Source: an uncultured Halobacteriales archaeon
GTDB taxonomy: Archaea > Halobacteriota > Halobacteria > Halobacteriales > Haloarculaceae
DNA: 34,734 nucleotides
Assembly (NCBI GenBank): GCA_964552115.1
Contig: CAZKGF010000002.1
Coordinates: forward strand, 535-35,268
Reading direction: 5' to 3'
Numbering within the stretch: the first letter of the stretch is position 1; every line of letters begins with the position of its first letter. The notes beneath the pieces are model-generated. The model worked only from the letters and a program-made list of their open reading frames with translations, searched no databases and was not told where the DNA came from. Shown one piece after another: positions 16,755-24,119 of this stretch. Made by a program: the position numbers and the translations under genes.

Positions 16755-17261
16755 TCAGGCTCCGAACTCGGACTCGGTGACTCGAACACGGAGCGTCTCG
16801 TCGACGGCTTGGAGATCGTAGTCGGGAATGGTCTCACCGGTTCGTGTCACGAACATCGGTTCGACGAGTCTCGGTTTGTCGGCGGGCGCGTCGACGGCGT
16901 CCTGGTCCGATTCCGCCTCCTCGCTGCCAGTCTGGACACCGTACACTTTGAGAAATCGCCCGGATTCGGCGGCTGTGATTTCGTCAGTACGGATTGCCGT
17001 CGCCAATGCCCGCGAAAGCCATTCTGTTTCGCTAATGGACGGTTCGAGTATCATCGCTTGATCGACGTATCGAACCAAGTACCAGTTGAGATCATTCAGT
17101 AAGGAGACGGCTGCTCCGAGACTAACGGTGTCCAGGGCGATCGTGTTTTCGAACGGCTCTGATAAGTCATACGTGAGCAACGCATTGCGAGCCGTCTCGT
17201 AGGAGAGGAGCTGATACCGGAGATTGACGTCGGCTGCGCCCACGAGACAGACCCGCGTCAT
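16755..17261 (-). CDS. hypothetical protein (168 aa), no family recognised
   Basis: Acidic halophile-like composition. ATG at 17261..17259 (MTRVCLVGAADVNLRYQLL...). Same strand as, and immediately upstream of, the REC-HalX-membrane gene. The track start at 17288 is a TTG. Confidence 0.6.
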   Translation of the reverse strand: MTRVCLVGAADVNLRYQLLSYETARNALLTYDLSEPFENTIALDTVSLGAAVSLLNDLNWYLVRYVDQAMILEPSISETEWLSRALATAIRTDEITAAESGRFLKVYGVQTGSEEAESDQDAVDAPADKPRLVEPMFVTRTGETIPDYDLQAVDETLRVRVTESEFGA

Positions 17262-17310
17262 GGCCACGAGGTGCAGGCCGCCGTGCAAAGCGGTTTCGAC
17301 CGCTCACCCG

Positions 17311-18510
17311 TCACGGTGGCGGCTGTATCTGTGCCCCAATGTCTTCCGCCCGATCCAGAAGGTCGTCCGGTTCGGCGGCCTCGAGTGTCGATAGCTCCGC
17401 ACGCGTTTCTGGGAACGACGGCGCAACCCGATTGCAGCCAGCATCGATCGTGGCATCGTCGTACGTCCCGATTTCCCGTGCTTGGGCCTCGATTTCCGGT
17501 TTGTCCATAGACAGCAGTGGCCGATGGATCGGAAGCGAGGTCGCAGCGCTAGTGACGCTCAGATTGGCCGCCGTCTGGCTGGATTTCTGGCCCAGTGCTT
17601 CGCCACTGACGATCCCGGCTGCACCCACACGTCGGGCAACCGTGGCACCGACTCGATACATGAACCGTCGGAGCGACAACATCCGCATGGCACCCATCGA
17701 CTCCGCCAATTCTGCGACGATATCACCGCCTGGAGCGACGTGCAGTGTAAGGTCTTGGCCTGGAGCCCACTCGCCGAGGGATCCGACCGTGGCAGCCGCC
17801 CGCGCCTGGTGATCGGGCCCTCCATAATCGCCAAGGTCGACGTAGACCGGGATGATTGGTGATCCACGTCGCATGACGTTCCAGGCAGCCACCGGCGAGT
17901 CGATCCCTCCGCTGACGAGGACCACGAGTGGGGCTTGGGTTCCGAGTGGCAATCCACCCGGCCCGGAACGTTTTTCGACGAAGAGGTAGGCATCGTCGGA
18001 GCGACACTCGACGTAAAACGTCAGTTCAGGATTCTCCAGGTCGACCTCCGGATCGTGGCCGGCTGCTTCGGCTGTCTCCCAGATAGCAGTTCCCCCTGCT
18101 TCTTCGATGTCCGGGCTCCCGAAGGGGTGGGCATCGGTATCGCCAGCCCGGCGTGCTCTGACGGCAAACGGGCCCCCGTCGTACAGTTCTCGAGCGCTGT
18201 CAGCGAGTCCGTCTGTGATGGCCTCGAGGGTGGGATCGACGCGCAATGCCGGGCTGGCAGAGACCACGCCGAAGACACGCGTCGCGGCGTCTGTCGCTAC
18301 CTCGACTGCATTCCGGGAATCGGCGACGGCTGGTTGCCTAATGTATAGCCGCGTTCGTTCCTGGACGACTCTGCCGTCGATCCCGTCCGCCTGGATGGCG
18401 GCTGCAAGGTTGTCCCGCAGTTGGCCCTCCATGGACCGGCGGACCTGCTCGCTCTTGATGCCGATGTCCCCGTGTCTAACGAGGACCTGATCGGCACCGG
18501 GTGGATGCAT
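17311..18510 (-). CDS. thiI: tRNA 4-thiouridine sulfurtransferase ThiI (THUMP + PP-loop)
   Basis: LVRHGDIGIKS at the N-terminus, a THUMP-like middle, and PP-loop VLVSGGIDSPVAAW. 399 aa, ATG confirmed. Confidence 0.88.
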   Translation of the reverse strand: MHPPGADQVLVRHGDIGIKSEQVRRSMEGQLRDNLAAAIQADGIDGRVVQERTRLYIRQPAVADSRNAVEVATDAATRVFGVVSASPALRVDPTLEAITDGLADSARELYDGGPFAVRARRAGDTDAHPFGSPDIEEAGGTAIWETAEAAGHDPEVDLENPELTFYVECRSDDAYLFVEKRSGPGGLPLGTQAPLVVLVSGGIDSPVAAWNVMRRGSPIIPVYVDLGDYGGPDHQARAAATVGSLGEWAPGQDLTLHVAPGGDIVAELAESMGAMRMLSLRRFMYRVGATVARRVGAAGIVSGEALGQKSSQTAANLSVTSAATSLPIHRPLLSMDKPEIEAQAREIGTYDDATIDAGCNRVAPSFPETRAELSTLEAAEPDDLLDRAEDIGAQIQPPP

Positions 18511-18553
18511 GCGATTCCCTAGTAGACAGGCGGATAAACCGGTGTCGTCCCCA

Positions 18554-19756
18554 TCAGAACGTACTCAGTTCGTCGGCGACGATGCGTTCGGTGATTTCGG
18601 TGACGTTTGCGAGCTCGGTATCGATCGCCGTCTCGATATCGGACGTGATTTCCCCGACGTCGACGTCGTCAGTCGTGACCACCTCGGCATCCGCGACGTG
18701 AGGGTGATCGATTGGTTGGCCGATCTGACTTAGGAGACGGATTTGGAGTTGCCGAACCCCCCTAACGTCTTCAGCGACCGTCTTGGCTATTTCCGTGCTC
18801 AACAGATTGTAGATCTTCCCGATGTGATTCACCGGATTCTTTCCGCTCGTGGCCTCCATACTCATGGGCCGGTTTGGAGTAATCAGACCGTTCGCCCGAT
18901 TCCCCCGACCGACAGAACCGTCGTCCCCTTGTTCGGCACTCGTCCCGGTCGTCGTCAGATAAATCGACCCCTCGTCGTAATCGTCAGCCGTGTTCACGTG
19001 GACGGTAACCGATCGATCGGTATACTCTCTGGCCAGATCGGCCACGTACGTTCGGACCTCCTCGACGGCAGATCGGTACTCGTCGAGATCGTGAATGTAC
19101 CGATCGATCATGGCAGCAGCCACCGTCACGTCGATCTGATCGTGTTGCCGCTTACCCATGACTTTCAAGTCCTCGCCCAATTCTGGATGCTCGACGCTGT
19201 ACTCTCCGTTCAATCGTCGCTCTGTCTGGAGGACGATTCGCTCGGTTTCGGTCAACGGTGCGTGTCCGACCCCGTAACTCGTGTCGTTGGCCATGGGGAC
19301 GGAGGTATCATCCCCGAAGACCTCCTGGAGGTCACCGCTTCCCTCACCGAGTCGGACGTCAATCACGACGTCAGACCCGATGTCCAGATTCGGAAAGTTT
19401 TCGTCGAGATACTCCCGGGCCGCGTCAAGCGCGACGGTTTCAGTGGGGATGCGTTCGCCCTGATAGGTCTTCGTCGCCCGGCCAACGATCAAGAGATATA
19501 TCGGTTCGAGCATCTCTCCCCCGCCGAACTTGGGATCGGCGTTACCAGCGACTAACTGAGTTTCATCAGTGTTGAAGTGGAGAACAGTGTCGAATCGGTC
19601 GAGATAAAGGCGAGCAAGTCGCCGTGAGACCGTCTCGGCGACGCCGTCACAGATGGAGTCGGGATGGCCCAATCCCTTACGCTCGACGATTTCGACGGCC
19701 TGGTCTTCGACGGGGCGGCCGCCGGCCGCCTGGACGCTAATGTTCCGCTCGGTCAT
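18554..19756 (-). CDS. metK: S-adenosylmethionine synthetase, archaeal type
   Basis: [30 protein letters not shown], and [31 protein letters not shown] are characteristic of archaeal MAT. 400 aa. Confidence 0.93.
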   Translation of the reverse strand: MTERNISVQAAGGRPVEDQAVEIVERKGLGHPDSICDGVAETVSRRLARLYLDRFDTVLHFNTDETQLVAGNADPKFGGGEMLEPIYLLIVGRATKTYQGERIPTETVALDAAREYLDENFPNLDIGSDVVIDVRLGEGSGDLQEVFGDDTSVPMANDTSYGVGHAPLTETERIVLQTERRLNGEYSVEHPELGEDLKVMGKRQHDQIDVTVAAAMIDRYIHDLDEYRSAVEEVRTYVADLAREYTDRSVTVHVNTADDYDEGSIYLTTTGTSAEQGDDGSVGRGNRANGLITPNRPMSMEATSGKNPVNHIGKIYNLLSTEIAKTVAEDVRGVRQLQIRLLSQIGQPIDHPHVADAEVVTTDDVDVGEITSDIETAIDTELANVTEITERIVADELSTF

Positions 19757-19783
19757 GTTGGCTGAGGGTTTGGCAGGCCGTTG

Positions 19784-19796
19784 TCTATAACTTTCG
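19784..19796 (-). promoter_or_regulatory. BRE/TATA promoter of metK
   Basis: The minus strand reads CGAAAGTTATAGA, about 30 nt upstream of the ATG at 19756 (near-leaderless). It has the same CGAAAG-TTATA architecture as the tfb promoter. Confidence 0.5.
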
Positions 19797-19824
19797 GAAA
19801 CCTTCGCGCCCTATTTTATTACTG

Positions 19825-20394
19825 TTACTCATCCTTTTCGCGGAGTAGCCGGAGGTAGGACGTCCTGATCTGTGAATCCGGGTCCAGATCCAAGCGCTCG
19901 AGGGTTTCCATGGCACCGGTTCGCGCCGTTTCGATGCCACCATCTTCGGCCTCGGTTTCGACTTCCACGAACTCTCCGAGCCCGTTCACTGCATCAAGGG
20001 TAACTGTATAGCCGTCGAGACGGTAGATCTCGCGATCTTTTCGAACCTCTCCAGCCGGGTGAAAGCCGAGGCTTTCGAGTATGTCCGCGAGCGCTGTTTC
20101 ATCACCGATGGTCGTTTCGGCCTCAACACGCGTTTTCGATGCCGCTTCGACTAATGGGCCTTTGTAGGTTAGAAAGACTGCTCGATCGGTGGTCGCAACC
20201 TGCCCCGTGAGATCCTCGACCGGGATTGATTCACGGATTCGGAGGGCCTCGTCGGTCTCGGCGAAGTCCCGGTGGGGCGCATTATAATAAGTGTCGAATT
20301 GGCGGACGGCCCGGATCTCCTCGGCACCCTGTTCCCGCAATCGGAGTTTGACCGGTCCATGAGCCGCCCGGACTTTCACCTCTACCTCGTACAT
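19825..20394 (-). CDS. CYTH-domain protein (class IV adenylate cyclase CyaB / triphosphate tunnel metalloenzyme family)
   Basis: MYEVEVKVRA at the N-terminus (ExExK), DEALRIRE, EFVEVE. ATG at 20394..20392 gives 189 aa. Confidence 0.8.
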   Translation of the reverse strand: MYEVEVKVRAAHGPVKLRLREQGAEEIRAVRQFDTYYNAPHRDFAETDEALRIRESIPVEDLTGQVATTDRAVFLTYKGPLVEAASKTRVEAETTIGDETALADILESLGFHPAGEVRKDREIYRLDGYTVTLDAVNGLGEFVEVETEAEDGGIETARTGAMETLERLDLDPDSQIRTSYLRLLREKDE

Positions 20395-20466
20395 ATCCGG
20401 GAGAGGGAACGGGTGGGTGAAAAGTTTCGGCGATGACCGCATCCCACGAGCGGCCCGAAACGTTGT

Positions 20467-20474
20467 CCTTAAGA
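20467..20474 (+). promoter_or_regulatory. TATA-like element of the FKBP gene
   Basis: CCTTAAGA is centred about 27 nt upstream of the ATG at 20498, consistent with a leaderless transcript. Confidence 0.35.
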
Positions 20475-20497
20475 GTGCTTCGCGGTACCGACACGAC

Positions 20498-21499
20498 ATG
20501 AGCAACGATTCCGAGGCCGAGACGGACGAGGCCGACATCGAGTCGTCGGCCGAGGCGGCCGACGCAGATGAGCCAACGGCCGAGGACGACGAGTCTGGAC
20601 TTCAGGAGGGTGATTTCGTACGCATCGATTACACCGCTCGGACCGTCGATGGGGGAACGCTCGTCGACACGACCGATCCCGCCGTCGCCGAAGAGGAAGG
20701 GGTGGAGTCCGAACAGGAGTTCGCCCCACGAACGATCGTCCTCGGCGAAGGCCACGTGTTCGAAGCGGTCGAGTCCGATATTATTGGTGCCGAGGTCGGC
20801 GAGACTGGCTCGGTCGTGGTTCCAGCCACGGAGGCATTCGGAGAATACGACGACGAACAAGTCCGGACGGTCAGCAAAGACAAGATTCCAGAAGACGACC
20901 GGTATCCGGGTGCACAGGTCCAGATCGAGGGCCAGCAGGGCCAGGTCGAGACCATCGTCGGTGGCCGTGCCCGCGTCAACTTCAACCACCCGCTCGCTGG
21001 TGAAGACATCGAGTACGAGTGGGAGGTCCTCGAAGAAGTAACCGACCGAGAAACCCAAGCGGAGGGGCTGTTGGAGATGCTCCTCGACATGGAACTCGAC
21101 GTGTGGTTCGAGACGGACACGGTCGAGGAAGAACAGGTGGTCGAACCGGAGGAGGAGGCGGAGGACACCGAAGCCGAGGAGGAGGCAGCTGAACCCGAGA
21201 CCGAGATCGTCGAGGTAGAGAAGGAGAGTTTGTACATCGACGCGGATCCCCAGCTCACCATGAACCAACAGTGGATGATGGGCAAACAGCAGATCGCCCA
21301 GCAACTGATCGATCTTCTAGGTATCGATCGAGTAGTCATCCAGGAAATTATCGATGGCATGGGCGGAATGGGAATGCCCGGCATGATGGGCGGAATGGGT
21401 GGAATGGGCGGCGAGGGCGAACTCGAGGAACTACTCGAAGAAGGCGACATCGACGCGGACGAACTCGCCGAGGAGTTGGGTGAAGAAATCGAAGATTAA
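20498..21499 (+). CDS. long-type FKBP peptidyl-prolyl cis-trans isomerase (SlyD-like, insert-in-flap) with acidic linker and GGM-rich C-terminal tail
   Basis: GDFVRIDYTARTVDGG..., VNFNHPLAGEDIEYEWEV, then acidic repeats and GMGGMGMPGMMGGMGGMGG. ATG at 20498 (MSNDSEAE...). Confidence 0.85.
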   Translation: MSNDSEAETDEADIESSAEAADADEPTAEDDESGLQEGDFVRIDYTARTVDGGTLVDTTDPAVAEEEGVESEQEFAPRTIVLGEGHVFEAVESDIIGAEVGETGSVVVPATEAFGEYDDEQVRTVSKDKIPEDDRYPGAQVQIEGQQGQVETIVGGRARVNFNHPLAGEDIEYEWEVLEEVTDRETQAEGLLEMLLDMELDVWFETDTVEEEQVVEPEEEAEDTEAEEEAAEPETEIVEVEKESLYIDADPQLTMNQQWMMGKQQIAQQLIDLLGIDRVVIQEIIDGMGGMGMPGMMGGMGGMGGEGELEELLEEGDIDADELAEELGEEIED

Positions 21500-21516
21500 C
21501 TGTTCGGTTCAGTGGC

Positions 21517-21981
21517 TCAGGGCGTATGGATGTGTTCGGCGATGTCTTCTCGGACGATCGTATCACAGTAGACACACCGGACGCCCTCGTCCAACACTTC
21601 GAAGTGTGATTCGACCGGCTCATCTTCGTTCGTAATGCAGTGGTGGTTGGGACACTCCAGGACGCCGTACACCTCGGTCGGCCGTTCGACGCGGTGTTTA
21701 TCGACTACCTCGTAATCCCGGATGATGTTGATCGTCGCTGCTGGGGCGATCAGCGTAAGGACGTCCACCTCACTTTGTGACAACTCTCGGCCTTCGACCT
21801 TGACAACGTCCTTCCGGCCGAGTCGCTCGCTCGGGACGTTCATGCCGATCGACACTACCTCTCCGGTCGACCCATCGATTCCGAGGATGGCGAGGACGTT
21901 GAGCGCCTGGCCGCCGGTCACGTGATCGATGACGGTCCCGGACTTGATCTTTGCTACGCGAAGCGCCGGTTCCCCGCTCAT
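21517..21981 (-). CDS. pyrI: aspartate carbamoyltransferase regulatory subunit
   Basis: [14 protein letters not shown] and a C-terminal zinc domain CPNHHCITN...CVYCD. The ATG overlaps the pyrB stop (ATGA, 21978..21981). Confidence 0.93.
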   Translation of the reverse strand: MSGEPALRVAKIKSGTVIDHVTGGQALNVLAILGIDGSTGEVVSIGMNVPSERLGRKDVVKVEGRELSQSEVDVLTLIAPAATINIIRDYEVVDKHRVERPTEVYGVLECPNHHCITNEDEPVESHFEVLDEGVRCVYCDTIVREDIAEHIHTP

Positions 21982-22892
21982 GATTTCTCTCCCAGGATGA
22001 GATCGAGAAGCGCCATTCGAACCGGGACGCCGTTGTGTGCTTGCTGGAAGTACCGGGCGTGGTCGGTTCCGTCGATATCTTGCGCGATTTCGTCGACGCG
22101 GGGGAGCGGGTGCATTACTTTTAAATCGGGTTTCGCCGGTTCGAGAGTGGCTGCGTCGATCTGGTATTCGCCGGCGACGGCTCGGTATTCGCTCTCGTCG
22201 GCGAACCGTTCGCGCTGGATCCTGGTCACGTAGAGGATGTCCAAACTCGGTAAGACATCGGTCAATTCGGTGTGCTCCTCGATCGCAGCCCCTTCCTCGT
22301 GGAGGTCGAAGCGGACGTTGCGAGGTAGTTGGAGGCTCTCCGGGCTGATGAAGTGTTGGCGAACGTCGAAATTGGTGAGCGCGTAGGCCAGGGAATGAAC
22401 GGTACGTCCGTATTTGAGATCGCCCATGATCCCGACCGTAATTCCGTCGAGGCCGGCGTTCTCCTTGATAGTATAGAGGTCGAGGAGGGTTTGAGTCGGA
22501 TGTTGCCCCGCACCGTCGCCCGCATTGATCAAGGGCACATCGACGAATTCGCTGGCCATGGTGGCCGATCCCTCGCTGGGATGGCGGAGGACAAGGGCAT
22601 CAGCGTATCCTTCGACGACCCGGACCGTGTCCGCCAGGCTCTCGCCTTTTTTGACGCTGGAGGACTCGATCGAGCCCATGTCAACGATATCACCCCCGAG
22701 GCGCTTCATCGCTGCTGTGAAACTCATCTTCGTCCGGGTACTGGGCTCGAAAAAGAGGAGACCCAGGAGCGACCCTGCGTGGCGGTCGGCCACGGCGCCC
22801 GGATCCGCCGCGATGTCGCTCGCGCGATCCAGCACCTCCGTCACATCGGCGCGTGAGAGCTGTTTCGCGCTGATGATGTGGTCGTGACGCAT
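21978..22892 (-). CDS. pyrB: aspartate carbamoyltransferase catalytic subunit
   Basis: [28 protein letters not shown] at 22892..22890 ([12 protein letters not shown]...). The track start at 22913 is a TTG. Confidence 0.93.
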   Translation of the reverse strand: MRHDHIISAKQLSRADVTEVLDRASDIAADPGAVADRHAGSLLGLLFFEPSTRTKMSFTAAMKRLGGDIVDMGSIESSSVKKGESLADTVRVVEGYADALVLRHPSEGSATMASEFVDVPLINAGDGAGQHPTQTLLDLYTIKENAGLDGITVGIMGDLKYGRTVHSLAYALTNFDVRQHFISPESLQLPRNVRFDLHEEGAAIEEHTELTDVLPSLDILYVTRIQRERFADESEYRAVAGEYQIDAATLEPAKPDLKVMHPLPRVDEIAQDIDGTDHARYFQQAHNGVPVRMALLDLILGEKS

Positions 22893-22962
22893 CGCGTGTG
22901 GTGGCGTACCCAATCACCTTGAATGTCCCGACGGACGGACGACGCCGTCCCGATTCCGTCGG

Positions 22963-22971
22963 AATATTTAA
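22963..22971. promoter_or_regulatory. AT-rich TATA-like element shared by divergent pyrB and the KaiC-like gene
   Basis: AATATTTAA is the only AT-rich stretch in the 108-nt divergent spacer. It lies about 33 nt from the ATG at 23001 and about 75 nt from the pyrB ATG. Confidence 0.35.
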
Positions 22972-23000
22972 CGGCTGACTAGTACTAGACCCTCCTGGGA

Positions 23001-23630
23001 ATGAAGAGCCGACTGCGGACAGGTATCGAAGTCCTCGATCGGAAGTTAGGCGGTGGCCTCCCAGCGGGGAGTATCGTCGCACTTTCCGCAGCCCCCGCGA
23101 GCCAGGCCGAGCTCCTGCTCTATGAACTCACTGCGACACGAGGGACGCTGTGGCTCTCACTGGATCGAACGGCAGAAGCGGTTGCCGAATCGATTCGAAA
23201 CACACCGACTGAAACGGGGGATCCGACGATCCGACATATCTCCGGGGAAGCACCACTCGACAATGCCGGCAAGCTGGTCAGCGCACTCCCCGAGAGTTCG
23301 AACCTCATTCTCGATCCTGTCGACGTCCTCGAGGTCCAAGAGCCTCCCTCGCGTTACCGCAGCTTCATGAACGATCTGCAAAACCACATTTTCAATACGA
23401 ATAGCCTGGCGATCCTCCTGTGTTTGGATGGCCGGGGGACACCGCCGCTTCGGGACACCACCGAACACTTCGCTGACGTGGTCTTCGATCTACAAACGAG
23501 CGTTCAAGGCGACGAGGTCGAAAACCGGTTGTCGATACCGAAATTCCGAGGTGGCCGCGCCCCCATGGACGTGATCAAACTGGATCTCGTCGAGGAGGTT
23601 TCGATCGATACGAGTCGAGATATCGCCTGA
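23001..23630 (+). CDS. RecA-superfamily KaiC/RAD55/GvpD-like single-domain protein with degenerate Walker A
   Basis: LRTGIEVLDRKLGGGLPAGSIVAL matches the KaiC-like N-terminal signature. The expected G-x-x-G-x-GKT is replaced by SAAPASQAE. Walker-B-like NLILDPV is present. 209 aa. Confidence 0.75.
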   Translation: MKSRLRTGIEVLDRKLGGGLPAGSIVALSAAPASQAELLLYELTATRGTLWLSLDRTAEAVAESIRNTPTETGDPTIRHISGEAPLDNAGKLVSALPESSNLILDPVDVLEVQEPPSRYRSFMNDLQNHIFNTNSLAILLCLDGRGTPPLRDTTEHFADVVFDLQTSVQGDEVENRLSIPKFRGGRAPMDVIKLDLVEEVSIDTSRDIA

Positions 23631-23640
23631 CCCAGAAGAA

Positions 23641-23648
23641 CTTTATCG
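23641..23648 (+). promoter_or_regulatory. TATA-like element preceding the micro-ORF
   Basis: CTTTATCG is centred about 26 nt upstream of the ATG at 23671. Confidence 0.35.
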
Positions 23649-23670
23649 GATTCGTTCGATTTTTCGTCTG

Positions 23671-23748
23671 ATGTCCCGGAAAGTCAAATTTGCCGTCGCC
23701 CTGGCCGCTGTTCTCGCGATTACCTACGTGGTTGTCGTCCGCGAATAG
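23671..23748 (+). CDS. candidate 25-aa single-span membrane micro-protein
   Basis: ATG..TAG reads MSRKVKFAVALAAVLAITYVVVVRE: a basic N-terminus, then an 18-residue hydrophobic span. GC-rich third positions. Flanked by a TATA-like box upstream and by a stem plus T6 downstream. Below the ORF-track size cutoff. Confidence 0.35.
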   Translation: MSRKVKFAVALAAVLAITYVVVVRE

Positions 23749-23797
23749 ACAGGCCGATTCGTCGTATCGATCCCAAAATACAGTCAGGATACGTCGG

Positions 23798-23803
23798 TTT
23801 TTT
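23798..23803 (+). terminator. T6 run preceded by a stem (CGTATC 23763..23768 / GATACG 23788..23793)
   Basis: ...CGTATCgatcccaaaatacagtcagGATACGtcggTTTTTT, located 50 nt after the micro-ORF stop. Confidence 0.35.
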
Positions 23804-24119
23804 GACCGCCTCGAACCGGCCGTGATGGGAGTGATGCCCGACACCCGGTTCGATGTAGTATCCGCCGACTCACGGCGTGTGCACAGTGTCGGGACCACCC
23901 TGAGCTATCGGTGCTTTTCGGCTCGTACCGGACCGAATTCGGTGGGCGACTCCCTCACTAACGGACCTGTCTTCCTGACCCGACAGTGCAGACTGTTCTA
24001 CCCCCAATGGACTCAGTCGATTGGGACACGGTTGGTCGGTAAACCGACCGCAACTTCGACAGGGGACCACTCGCTGTGCGATGGGCCGAGGTCAAGTGCG
24101 TCCCGCCCGAAGGCACGGT

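Noticed and set aside
18743-19555. 270-aa plus-strand ORF inside the SAM synthetase gene
   Set aside because: It is antisense to a gene with hallmark archaeal MAT motifs. Its product is basic and low in Asp/Glu, unlike real proteins in this window.
20282-21450. Two very long minus-strand ORFs (340 aa and 273 aa) opposite the FKBP gene
   Set aside because: Their products are Leu/Val/Arg- or Ser-rich low-complexity strings (for example SSSSSSSPSPPIPPIPP). They mirror the GAx/GGC-rich acidic codons of the plus-strand gene. The plus-strand product has clear FKBP motifs. They are shadow ORFs of high-GC DNA.
23824-23902. Possible C/D-box sRNA (GTGATGG / GTGATGC ... CTGA)
   Set aside because: Neither C-box candidate matches RUGAUGA. 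No C'/D' boxes or terminal stem with proper spacing are present, and the 77-nt spacing is long for archaeal C/D sRNAs.
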